Notes: generated by a model from the letters alone, not told the origin. A DNA stretch of 64,000 bases from an uncultured Gemmatimonadales bacterium (GCA_963741945.1 CAVUKA010000005.1:64001-128000), one strand, 5' to 3'; shown: positions 41,047 to 50,391, counted from the stretch's first letter. Made by a program: numbers and translations.

Positions 41047-41475
41047 TCAGACCGCCTCGATCATGAACGCGAAGCGCCAGTCGCCCAGCTGCTCGGGGTC
41101 GGAAACGTCGTCCGTGCCCTGGTCCCACGGCGAGTGGCTCCCCAGGTAGCCCGAGACCGGGCCGTGGAACTCGCGACGGTACGCGTTCAGCTGGTCGTTC
41201 GCGGAGAAGGTGTCCAGCTCCTCACCGCCCGCTTCCAGCACGAACGTCTGCTCGTCCGATACCTCGCCCTCGAACACCACCGTGTTCAAGGTCACCTTGT
41301 TCATCGACGGATGGTCCGAGATGGACAGGTGGCCCTTCTCCGGGATCCGCGTCGTCTGCTCCGTCGCGCCCGTCGAGCCCTTGAACTGGAACACGAACTC
41401 GCCCTCGGCGTCCAGATCCTTTCGGTCCAGGATCTCGACGTACTTCACTGTAACGCGGATGCGCGTGCTGGCCAT
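41047..41475 (-). CDS. Hypothetical protein (beta-sandwich/C2-like, 142 aa)
   Basis: GC3-biased codons, RBS GGAG upstream of MASTRIR, downstream hairpin. Confidence 0.7.
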   Translation of the reverse strand: MASTRIRVTVKYVEILDRKDLDAEGEFVFQFKGSTGATEQTTRIPEKGHLSISDHPSMNKVTLNTVVFEGEVSDEQTFVLEAGGEELDTFSANDQLNAYRREFHGPVSGYLGSHSPWDQGTDDVSDPEQLGDWRFAFMIEAV

Positions 41476-41682
41476 TGCTTTCTCCGAATCGATAGGGGGC
41501 CGCTTGATCCGCATATCGTGCCACGAGGGCGAGGGAGTGCGCAAGTCCGGAGGCGATGAGGCGCCGCCCGCAGGCCACCGGAGGTGTTGCCGCAGCAGCC
41601 GAATTGAACCCCCAACATCCGGTATTGCGGAGTTCCGCATGCACAGTATATTGCGGCAATCACAAAAACTCAGAGGCTCCCG

Positions 41683-41964
41683 ATGCTGCTCTCTCTCCCC
41701 GACGGCAGAACGGTTCAGGGTGACTACAACCCTGTCACGCGCCGCGTCTTCGCCGAAGCGTGGCCGGACGTCCACGTGGGGCAGGTCATCACGGCCGACG
41801 GCCACCGCCAGCGCGTGGCGTGTGTCACATACCTGACGCCGAAGCTCGTGGCCGTGCAGTTGCACCCGTGGGCACCGGGCCCGGATTTCTGCCGCACGTG
41901 CGCGGGCTTCTGGAAGAGCGTGTCGTGCCGGCTGCTGCCGAACCAGGACGCCCTGAGCGCCTGA
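41683..41964 (+). CDS. Small hypothetical protein with CxxC
   Basis: RBS-like GAGG, plausible codon usage, divergent from the previous gene across an AT-richer spacer. Confidence 0.4.
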   Translation: MLLSLPDGRTVQGDYNPVTRRVFAEAWPDVHVGQVITADGHRQRVACVTYLTPKLVAVQLHPWAPGPDFCRTCAGFWKSVSCRLLPNQDALSA

Positions 41965-42769
41965 GGTCCAGCCGACCAGGCACCCGGTAGCCGGCCTCCC
42001 GAACCCGGGCTGGCGAGCAGCTCCCTCCCCTCCGGCGGAGGCCCCCACCAGAGGCCACCCGCACGGAACGCCACCCGCACGCACAGCGCAGCGCAACACC
42101 GCGCGCCCCGGACCGGTCCTACCGAGGCGTCTGGGCCTGAATACGCCAGTTCCTGCGCCCCTCGCGCCGCTTCGCCGTGCCTCGCGGCGGGTCGATATGT
42201 TACCGGAATTGTCACCCACACGCAGCCGTCACCGTTCAGACGAAGTGCGCTTTGCTTGTGGAAATGTTCGCTTGCGGAAGCGATCCCGGACGGGTTCCAT
42301 GGGGACCGCCGCGATCACCCGACATGCTGGACTTCGGGTGAGTCGCTACACCTCCTGGGTGTTCTGCCGGTTCACCCGTTTTCGGGTCCACCTGGTGACG
42401 GGCCGCTATCGGCGGTGAAGAGGCAATGGTGCCAGCGGGTACGTTCCTCCGACCAGATTGTTCCCCGCTGGAGAGAAGAAGACCCGACAGAGGTGCCCTG
42501 CGCCATCGGATGATCCCCAGCGAGCTGCCAGACGGCGCCCTCTCGGCAGCCCAGAGTTGAACGGACAGACGGATCGGTAAATGGATCGCCTCACCCATTT
42601 CTCAATCCCTCTGGCTAACGTCTCCCGCACCACCCGCAGCGGCGCCTGAACGGACGAGCTGTGTTCGCAAGGGCGAGTCGCCCGCGGTCACGCGCCAACC
42701 CCGCCCGGACTTTCCTGTCCCCGGGCCGGGGCGGGCGGCGGCCATGGCGCCCGCCGTCGGGCCAGCGTC

Positions 42770-43726
42770 TCAGCGCGCCCGCGGCCCCCCGTCTTCGCCC
42801 GCGACGTCGGTCAGCCGGGTCGCCCCGGTCCCGTCCGCATTCATGACATAGATCTCGTTGTTGCCGGCGTGGGCGGGCCGGAACGACATGAACAGGATCT
42901 CGCCATTGCGAGTCCAGGCGGGTGCGCGGCTGCACCACGCGCTGTTCGTGTCGGTGAGGTCCCTGGGGGTCAGGTTGGTCTGTCCGCTGCCGTCCGCATT
43001 CATCAGGAACACGGCGCAGTAGCCGTCGCGGAAGCTCATGAACGCCAGCCGTTGCCCATCCTGTGACCAGACGGCCATCTGGTCGAGCGTCGAGGGCAGG
43101 GCGGTGAGGCGGGTGGCGTCGCCCGTCGCGACATCGATCACGTAGATGTCCATGTCGCGGCGGATGGCCAGCCGTTTTCCGTCCGGCGACCAGTCCGGCC
43201 ACATGTCCGCGCCGGCATGCGTGGTCACGCGGCTGAGCTCGCCGGTGCGCAGCGCGAGCACGTAGATCTCGGTGTCCCCGCTCGCGTCGCCATGAAAAGC
43301 CACCCGCTGGCCATCCGGCGAGAAGCGCGCCCAGTCCTCGGCGGCGCTGGGCGTATTCGTCAGGTTCACGGTTACGCCCGTGCTCACGTCGAGCAGGAAG
43401 ATGTCGCTCTTGCCGCCCCGGTTGGAGGTAAACACCAGCGACCGGCCGTTGGGGGAGATGTCCGGGTAGTAGTCGGACGCGCCATCGTACGTCAGCCTGA
43501 CCGGGTCGCTCCCGTCCGGATCCATCCGGTATATCTCGCGGTTGCCCGCGCGATCGCTGTGGAACACGATGCTGCCCGGCGCGCCCGCGCGCTCCAGGCT
43601 CATGGTCGAGAGGTCGGGTGCCGACGGCCGAGGGCCTGTCGGGTCGTCGACGCAGGAAGCAGGCAGCACGCCAATGGCCAGTGCGGCGAGCAGCGTGCGG
43701 CGGCTCAGGGGGGTCGGACGCGGCAT
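42770..43726 (-). CDS. TolB-like (PD40 repeat) beta-propeller lipoprotein
   Basis: Lipobox-like LPASC and repeats SPNG/SPDG/WSPDG/WSQDG, EIYVMNADG. Confidence 0.88.
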   Translation of the reverse strand: MPRPTPLSRRTLLAALAIGVLPASCVDDPTGPRPSAPDLSTMSLERAGAPGSIVFHSDRAGNREIYRMDPDGSDPVRLTYDGASDYYPDISPNGRSLVFTSNRGGKSDIFLLDVSTGVTVNLTNTPSAAEDWARFSPDGQRVAFHGDASGDTEIYVLALRTGELSRVTTHAGADMWPDWSPDGKRLAIRRDMDIYVIDVATGDATRLTALPSTLDQMAVWSQDGQRLAFMSFRDGYCAVFLMNADGSGQTNLTPRDLTDTNSAWCSRAPAWTRNGEILFMSFRPAHAGNNEIYVMNADGTGATRLTDVAGEDGGPRAR

Positions 43727-43920
43727 GAGCTCGAGAGGTCTCGTTGTGACGGGGCTGGTGGTGTGCCTGGCGCTGTTGCCGATCGTGTGCGTCTGGATGA
43801 TCCTACGGATCCACGACAGGGTTCGAACTGAGCACGGCCGGCAGATCGGACTGCAGCGCCGGCTCTAGCGCCGGCCGGATCGCTTCCCGAGGAAGCCGTC
43901 AACGCGGCTCGAGCTGGCGC

Positions 43921-43989
43921 GATGACCTGCGTCCACATGTGCAGCGTCTCGACCGTATCCCGCCAATCCTCGTAGGGGAGGCCGTACAT
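43921..43989 (-). pseudogene. Relic of a DUF5996-like gene N-terminus
   Basis: Translates as LPYEDWRDTVETLHMWTQVI, and the similarity then stops. Family recognised from memory. Confidence 0.45.
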
Positions 43990-44125
43990 TGCTCGGGACC
44001 GCCTCCTGGGCGCGAATCCCGGGGTCGCTCCCATGAGACTGTGAATGCCGATGTCGCCGACAGCCGACTGTCGGCGACACCTTAGAACGCGCGGCAACCG
44101 CGGCGTTCCCGTGGAGGCCCGGCGG

Positions 44126-45106
44126 CTACCTGGGTCGGGCCACGAAACCGACCTGCTCGCCATCCGTGAGGACCGCATAGCCGGCGATGACGCCGTTCGG
44201 CGCGATCGCCGTCGGGAAGGTCTGCGAGGCACCGGGGACCATCAGCAGGCCCAGGAACCCGCCGTCCTTCCACACCCAGCCGTAGATGCCGTCCGGGAAG
44301 GTTCCACCCACGTGCCCGACGGCCGCTCCATCCACGCCGATCCCCATGGCGCAGCTCATCCAGTCGTTCTCGCCGGGGTAGTCCAGGACCGCCGTGGTCT
44401 TCCCGTTGGCATAGACGAAGCCGAGCATCTGGCCGTCAGGATCGTCGGCGTAGGTGAAGTGGCCGGCGACCTCGCCGCGGACGTTGATTGCGTAGCCCTC
44501 GGTCAGGCTCGAGCCGGCGACCATGATATCGGTGAAGCGCCCCCCCTGCAGCACGAATCCGTGGGATCGTCCATCGGCGGCCACGTAGGATCCGGCCATC
44601 ACGCCGTTCGCCCCGATGTCCCAGATCCAGGTGTCCTCCCCGAAGTGGACGCCGGCCGGGGCGTCGAAAGTCGTATACTCCCCGTGATCATAGGTGAACC
44701 CGTGCCAGGTGAAGTCCTCGTTCATGTATGTGCCGACGATCGTGCCCCGCTCATTGATGCCCAGCGCTCGGGTGTAGCGGGCTCCATCGACGTGAATCGT
44801 CTCGACCATGCCCTTGCGCAACAGGAACCCCCGCCACGCATCCCGCCCCAGGCCGTCGGTGGTGAAGTACATGCCCACGACGTCCCCCCGGGTGTTCGCC
44901 CGGTGGACGATGGTGCCGCTGGCGGCGAGGGCCGCCGGGACGCGGATGATCTCGTAGTCGAAATCGTCGGGCGTCAGGCTCGATCCCTTCAGCCGCGAGG
45001 GCTCGGGAGTCGCCGGCGCGAGGGCGAGCCCGGTGGGGGCCGCGTCGCAGGCGGCGAGCATGGCGACGGCGAGGACGAGGATTGGGAGTGTGAGCGTGGT
45101 CTTCAT
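44126..45106 (-). CDS. Lipoprotein with HAF-like extracellular repeats
   Basis: Lipobox LAAC and repeats GINERGTIVG..HGF, AINVRGEVAG..GFV. Confidence 0.8.
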   Translation of the reverse strand: MKTTLTLPILVLAVAMLAACDAAPTGLALAPATPEPSRLKGSSLTPDDFDYEIIRVPAALAASGTIVHRANTRGDVVGMYFTTDGLGRDAWRGFLLRKGMVETIHVDGARYTRALGINERGTIVGTYMNEDFTWHGFTYDHGEYTTFDAPAGVHFGEDTWIWDIGANGVMAGSYVAADGRSHGFVLQGGRFTDIMVAGSSLTEGYAINVRGEVAGHFTYADDPDGQMLGFVYANGKTTAVLDYPGENDWMSCAMGIGVDGAAVGHVGGTFPDGIYGWVWKDGGFLGLLMVPGASQTFPTAIAPNGVIAGYAVLTDGEQVGFVARPR

Positions 45107-45357
45107 GGCTACCTCTGCAGCGGTGTGGGTCCGGGTGCTCCCCGGGGATCCGGGCAACCGGGCCCGGGATGGATGCATCGATCGCGAACGGCTGAGCGAC
45201 ATCGTGTGCTCCTCTGGATTGTCGAACGAGTGGCTGTCGTGGCGATGGCGGGCGGCACGTTCCTCCACTTTGCAGACGCGCAAAACCGGCCCGATCGGGG
45301 CCAGGGGATCCGCATGCCGTCCTTGTTTACCTCGCCGCGCGGGGCCTATCTTGGCCC

Positions 45358-48009
45358 ATGAAGGTGCGCCGCCCCGCTGAAGAGCCCGTCCCCGGTCAGC
45401 CTCCCGACGACGGCCCAACGGGCGACTCCGCGCGCCAGTGGCACCGCATCAAGGAAGTCTTTCTCGAAGCCCTCGATCAGCCGCCCGCGAGCCTGCCCGC
45501 GTTCCTGGCGCGTGCGTGCGGCGGGGATACGGGACTGCGCCGCGAGGTGGAGTCACTGCTGGCCAGTGACGACGCGGCCGCCGGTTTCGGCGAGACACCG
45601 GCGGCCGCGCTGCTTTCCGGCAGCCTCCCGGACGCGCCTGTGGCTGCCAGCGGTCCCCGTCTGGCGCCTGGCGCGCGCCTGGGCGCATACGAGATCACGG
45701 GGTTCGTCGCAGCTGGCGGCATGGGCGACGTTTACCGCGCGCGCCACACGGTGCTGGGTCGGGAAGTGGCGCTGAAGACGGTGAGTGCAGAGCGGGCGGA
45801 CGAGTCCTCGTGCCGGCGTCTGCTGCGCGAGGCGCGGCACGCTTCGCAGCTGAAGCACCCCGGGATCTGCACCATCCACGAAGTGGGCGAGTCCGAACGA
45901 GGCCCCTACATCGTGATGGAGTACGTGCCCGGCCGTCCGCTGAGCGAGCTGGTGCAGGCAGGCGCAGTAACGGTGGACGGGGCGCTCGATTACGGCCTCC
46001 AGGTGGCCGCGGCGCTGGCGCACGCGCACGGGCGGGGAATCGTGCACCGCGATCTGAAGGCCTCGAACGTGGTGGTGGACGGGGCCGGCCGTGCCATCGT
46101 GCTGGACTTCGGGCTCGCGCGTCGCCTTCCGGAGATGGAGGAGGGGCGGACGCGCGAGCAGACCGTGACGGAGCTGGGCTCTCTCGCGGGGACACTCAGC
46201 CACATGGCGCCGGAGGTGCTGCTGGGCGGCGAAGCGGACGCGCGCAGCGATGTCTGGGCTCTGGGCGTGCTGCTGTACGAGATGGTCGCCGGCCGGCTGC
46301 CCTTCCGTGGGCGCACGCCCTACGAGACCACCGGCGCGATCCTGGGGGATCCCATCCAGCCGTTGGATCACAATGCGCCGATGGCGCTGCGGCTGGTGAT
46401 CGAGCGCTGCCTGCTGAAGCAGCCGGAGGCGCGCTATCAATCCGCGGGCAAAGTCGCCGTGGCGCTGGACGCCATCCGCCGTCGGCGCTCGTGGCCGCTC
46501 CTGGGTGCGCTGCTGGTGTCGGTGCGCCGACGAACGCTGATCGTGGTCGGCAGCGTGGTGATCGTGGGCACGGGCGTGCTGCTGGGCGCGCACGCCGCGC
46601 GAGGGCAGCTTGAGGCGCTGTTTCGCCCGCGTCTTTCCACGCTCGCGCTTCTGCCGCTGACGAACGACACGGGCGAGCCTGAGCAGCAGTACTACGCGGA
46701 CGGGATGACGGACGCGCTGATTGCGCAGCTGGGCGCGGCCACGGACATCCGCATCATCGCTCCCGGATCGGCCGCTCGCGCCGCCGCGAACGCGAGAGAT
46801 GCCACGGAGATCGCACAGCGGCTGGGGGCGAATGCGCTCGTGCAGGGCTCCATGCGACGCATCGATGGCAACGTGCTGGTGGACCTGCAGCTGGTGCGTC
46901 CGACCGATGGAAGTGTGCTGTGGCACGACAGCTTCCAGCGGCGCGACAGTGACGTGCCGGCCCTGCAGGCGGACGTGGTGCGGGCGCTGGTGCTCGAGGT
47001 GCGGCTCTCGCTGCGCTCGGGCGCGCGCGAGCGCCTGACCACGGTTCGCTCGGTGAGCCCGGACGTGTACGAGGCATACCTGAAGGGCCGCTACGAGTGG
47101 AACCGCCGCACGCCGGAATCGCTGCAGGACGCCATTGCCTACTTTCGCCGCGCAGTGGAGCTCGACCCCACATACGCGCCCGCGCACGCCGCCCTGGCCG
47201 ATTGCTACAGCCAGCTGGGCACGGTGATCGTAGGCACCGGCTCACCGCTCGAGTGGCGCCCCCGGGCGGCCGCGGAGGCCATCCAGGCCCTCCAGCTCGA
47301 CCCCGGTTCGGCGGCGGCGCACGCTTCACTGGGCTACGTCCTGCATTACGACTGGAAATGGGCGGCCGCGGAGCGCGAGTTCCGCCGCGCGCTCGAGCTG
47401 AACCCCAGCAACTCCATGGCGCATATCTGGTACGCGAACCTGCTCATGTCGCTGGGTCGCTGGGACGAGGCCATCGCCCAGGTCTACGCGGCCCGTGAGC
47501 TGGATCCGTTCTCACTCATCGTGAACACCAACGTCGCATGGGTGCTGGACGGCGCGGGTCGGCCCGAAGAAGCGGTGGCGGCGGCACGACGGGCGGTGTC
47601 GCTCGACTCTACCTACCTGCAGGCGCACTGGCGGCTGGCCGGCGCGCTGCAGTCGCTGGGGCGGGTGGACGAGGCGCGCGCGCAGGTGGACCGGCTCATT
47701 GCGGTCACGGACAGCGGCAGCTCCTCGCTCGCCTTCCTGGCGGGCGTGCTGGTCTCGGAGGGGCAGCGCGACAGCGCGCGCGCGATCCTGGACCGGCTGC
47801 TGCAACGCGCGCGGACGTCCTACGTGGCGCCGTACAGCATTGCCGGGATCTATCGCTCGCTGCGGGACGACGAGAACGGCGTCGCATGGATGACGAAAGC
47901 GCTCGAGGAGCGAAGCAACGGCATCGCCTATATCGGCAACGATACTGTCGGCTTCGGACGGGACCCTCGCTACCGCGCGCTGCTGGCCCGGGTGGGGTTG
48001 CCGAAGTGA
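45358..48009 (+). CDS. Hanks-type Ser/Thr kinase with TM, TolB_N-like and TPR domains
   Basis: GGMGDVY, VALK, HRDLK, DFG, GTLSHMAPE, LALLPL...YYADGMTDALI, TPR repeats. Confidence 0.93.
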   Translation: MKVRRPAEEPVPGQPPDDGPTGDSARQWHRIKEVFLEALDQPPASLPAFLARACGGDTGLRREVESLLASDDAAAGFGETPAAALLSGSLPDAPVAASGPRLAPGARLGAYEITGFVAAGGMGDVYRARHTVLGREVALKTVSAERADESSCRRLLREARHASQLKHPGICTIHEVGESERGPYIVMEYVPGRPLSELVQAGAVTVDGALDYGLQVAAALAHAHGRGIVHRDLKASNVVVDGAGRAIVLDFGLARRLPEMEEGRTREQTVTELGSLAGTLSHMAPEVLLGGEADARSDVWALGVLLYEMVAGRLPFRGRTPYETTGAILGDPIQPLDHNAPMALRLVIERCLLKQPEARYQSAGKVAVALDAIRRRRSWPLLGALLVSVRRRTLIVVGSVVIVGTGVLLGAHAARGQLEALFRPRLSTLALLPLTNDTGEPEQQYYADGMTDALIAQLGAATDIRIIAPGSAARAAANARDATEIAQRLGANALVQGSMRRIDGNVLVDLQLVRPTDGSVLWHDSFQRRDSDVPALQADVVRALVLEVRLSLRSGARERLTTVRSVSPDVYEAYLKGRYEWNRRTPESLQDAIAYFRRAVELDPTYAPAHAALADCYSQLGTVIVGTGSPLEWRPRAAAEAIQALQLDPGSAAAHASLGYVLHYDWKWAAAEREFRRALELNPSNSMAHIWYANLLMSLGRWDEAIAQVYAARELDPFSLIVNTNVAWVLDGAGRPEEAVAAARRAVSLDSTYLQAHWRLAGALQSLGRVDEARAQVDRLIAVTDSGSSSLAFLAGVLVSEGQRDSARAILDRLLQRARTSYVAPYSIAGIYRSLRDDENGVAWMTKALEERSNGIAYIGNDTVGFGRDPRYRALLARVGLPK

Positions 48010-48014
48010 GGCCG

Positions 48015-48596
48015 ATGGAGAGCGGCGCCCCCGCGGATGTCACGGGCCTGCTCCTGCAGTGGTCGCAGGGCGAGGCCGGGGCGCTCGACCGGCTGCTGCC
48101 GCTGATCTACGACGAGTGCCGTCGCATCGCCGCGCGCCAGATGCGGCACGAACGCGCGGAGCACACGCTCCAGCCCACCGCTCTCGTCCACGAGCTGTAT
48201 TTCAGGCTGGTGGATCAGCGCCGCGCCACCTGGGAGAACCGCGCGCAGTTCTTTGGCGTGGCCGCGCGCCTCATGCGCCGGATCCTGGTGGACCACGCGC
48301 GAGCGCACCGCACCGCCAAGCGCGGCGGTTCCGCCATCTTCGTATCGCTCGAGGCGGCCGGTGAGGCCCCGACGACGAGCGACGTGGCGGACGTGCTGGC
48401 CATCGATGGAGCGCTCAAGCGGCTGGAGACACGCGACCCGGACCAGATGCGCATCGTCGAGCTGCGCTTTTTTGCGGGGCTCACCGTCGAGGAGACCGCG
48501 CACGTGCTCGGCCGCTCCGCACGCACGGTGAAGCGCGAGTGGCGGCTGGCCAAGGCGTGGCTGTACCGCGAGCTGCAGGCGCCGGGTCCGCCGTGA
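48015..48596 (+). CDS. ECF sigma factor of the kinase-associated type
   Basis: HTLQPTALVHE, MRRILVDHAR, KRGG, VELRFFAGL, VKREWRLAKAWL. Confidence 0.92.
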   Translation: MESGAPADVTGLLLQWSQGEAGALDRLLPLIYDECRRIAARQMRHERAEHTLQPTALVHELYFRLVDQRRATWENRAQFFGVAARLMRRILVDHARAHRTAKRGGSAIFVSLEAAGEAPTTSDVADVLAIDGALKRLETRDPDQMRIVELRFFAGLTVEETAHVLGRSARTVKREWRLAKAWLYRELQAPGPP

Positions 48597-48639
48597 CTCT
48601 GTGCTGATCTCTCGCGACTGCGATAGCTGGACCCGCCGG

Positions 48640-48875
48640 TCGTGGCGTAGCACGTGAACTTCTCTACGAGGTTGTCCCAGGCATAGCTCACCTTGTCAGC
48701 TTCGACCTGATCCACCGCTCGGCGCCTCTCAACTACTTCACAGACCGCACGATCGCGCGGTTGTACCACCTGCTCCAGTCGTGCTTCAGATCTCCAGTAT
48801 CGGGGAAGGCGCAGGTCTCGTCGGAGAAAATGACCACATGCTGCTCGAACACGACCAGCACATCACAGACCGCAG
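48640..48875 (-). pseudogene. Degraded relic of a larger gene (nuclease-like/SEC-C-associated hypothetical family)
   Basis: CDVLVVFEQHVVIFSD...DWSRWYNRAIVRSVK*LRGAERWI has an in-frame TAG, then the reading switches frame to EADKVSYAWDNLVEKF. GC is lower than the flanks. Confidence 0.45.
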
Positions 48876-48897
48876 GGCACCGAGGGTCACCGAAACA

Positions 48898-48930
48898 GAA
48901 AAACCCGCACCGTAAGTCACGGTGCGGGTT
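48898..48930 (-). terminator. Rho-independent terminator after tRNA-Arg(CCG)
   Basis: AACCCGCACCGT-aagtc-ACGGTGCGGGTT stem, followed on the minus strand by a T-run. Confidence 0.8.
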
Positions 48931-48943
48931 CAACTTGGAACAG

Positions 48944-49017
48944 TGCGCCCGACAGGATTCGAACCTGTGACCTCATGCTCCGGAGGCATGCGCTCTATCC
49001 AACTGAGCTACGGGCGC
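48944..49017 (-). tRNA. tRNA-Arg(CCG), CCA not encoded
   Basis: GCGCCCGTAGCTCAGTTGGATAGAGC, anticodon arm CATGC-CTCCGGA-GCATG, T-loop GGTTCGAATCC. Confidence 0.95.
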
Positions 49018-49375
49018 AGAAACGCGTGGAACCACAACCTGCCGTCCACCCGCCTGCATGTCCACCCTGCGGCAAAGTGTCGTCGCGCGAAGCGTGGCGA
49101 CAACTGAGCTACGGGCGCAGAAACGCGTGGAACCACAACCTGCCGTCCACCCGCCTGCATGTCCACCCTGCGGCAAAGTGTCGTCGCGCGAAGCGTGGCG
49201 ACAACTGAGCTACGGGCGCAGAAACGCGTGGAACCACAACCTGCCGTCCACCCGCCTGCACGTCCACCCTGCGGCAAAGTGTCGTCGCGCGAAGCGTAAC
49301 GACAACTGAGCTACGGGCGCAGAAACGCGTGGAACCACAACCTGCCGTCCACCCGCCTGCACGTCGACGCTGCGG
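49000..49375. repeat. About 3.7 tandem copies of a 101-bp unit containing the tRNA-Arg(CCG) leader and its first 18 nt
   Basis: Units start at 49000, 49101, 49202 and 49303. Units 1 and 2 are identical, unit 3 has 3 substitutions, unit 4 is partial. Confidence 0.97.
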
Positions 49376-49389
49376 GCCCTCTGTTTCTG

Positions 49390-49786
49390 GCAGCGGGGAA
49401 GCGGAATAAGCCGAGTTCTGTCTCCGGCGAACCGGAGGCGAGCCATTTCTCTGGGACGGCGGTCGCCCGCCGCCTCGAGCAGCCTACCCGGGACTCTCAC
49501 GACGAATCGCGTCGGCGCGGGCCGCGCCATCATCCCTGCTTGGCCTTGCTCCGGGTGGGGTTTACCATGCGACGACTGTTGCCAGCCGCCCGGTGGTCTC
49601 TTGCACCACCCTTTCACCCTTGCCTGTGCCGGCGCCTTTCGGCTCCGGCCATCGGCGGTCTGCTCTCTGTGGCACTTTCCAGCGCCTCGCGGCGTCCGGG
49701 CGTTACCCGGCACCCTGCCCTGCGGAGCTCGGACTTTCCTCGACCGTCTCACGGACGGCCGCGGCTCGCACTCGCTTCCCTCTGCT
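49390..49786 (-). ncRNA. rnpB: RNase P RNA (bacterial type A)
   Basis: GAGGAAAGTCCGAGC, GGAAAGTGCCACAGA, GGTAAACCCC, ACAGAACTCGGCTTA, and complementary ends (GGGAAGCG/CGCTTCCC). Confidence 0.95.
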
Positions 49787-49823
49787 GTCAAACAGCACGG
49801 CCCCCGCTGCGGGGGGCCGGCAA

Positions 49824-49897
<74 letters not shown>

Positions 49898-50391
49898 AAT
49901 CCGGAGAAAGAACCGCCCGCGGTTCGCCATGCGCCCCGCGGGGTCGATTGCCCTCCCCGATCAGCCTCGGAATTCTAGTGCCGGCGCCCCGGCCTGTCAA
50001 CCGGCGGTGCCGCCCCGGACGCAATAGCCCCGGCACATATTGACCCACCCCCTCGCGATGTGGAGCTGTCGTGTTTTGGGGTGGTGGGGCGGGAGCGGTT
50101 CTGGACGGTGTGGGATCAGCTGTTTGACAGCGGGGGTGTTCGAACGCCGAAGCGCCGCAGGCGCGGGAGGCGACGCTTTGTCCTGGGAGATCGTGTTGAA
50201 CGATCACCCCGAAATTCGACCGGAGGCCCTCGCTCTTCCGCCGGTACTGCTCGAGGCTGAGTACCAGCGCGAGCAGGTGGGTCAGGATGTGCCCGAGCTT
50301 GCCGCGGTGCCGCCCCGGATCACAGCGCGGACGACAGGAATGGGGCGGCGCGCGCGCCGCCCCATTCCTCGTGGCTCAACTCCGCCGTGGC

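Noticed and set aside
42197-42633. Short ORFs in the lower-GC stretch
   Set aside because: No recognisable motif and weak codon bias; left unannotated.
43725-43868. 47-aa hydrophobic ORF (MSSRGLVVTGLVVCLALL...)
   Set aside because: Its start overlaps the start codon of the divergent lipoprotein gene and there is no RBS, so I cannot support it.
41000-48940. Intact prophage or ICE at tRNA-Arg(CCG)
   Set aside because: I saw no integrase, phage or conjugation genes, and found no att duplication by eye.
49000-49375. CRISPR array interpretation of the 101-bp repeats
   Set aside because: Whole units are near-identical, so there are no unique spacers, and there are no cas genes in the window.
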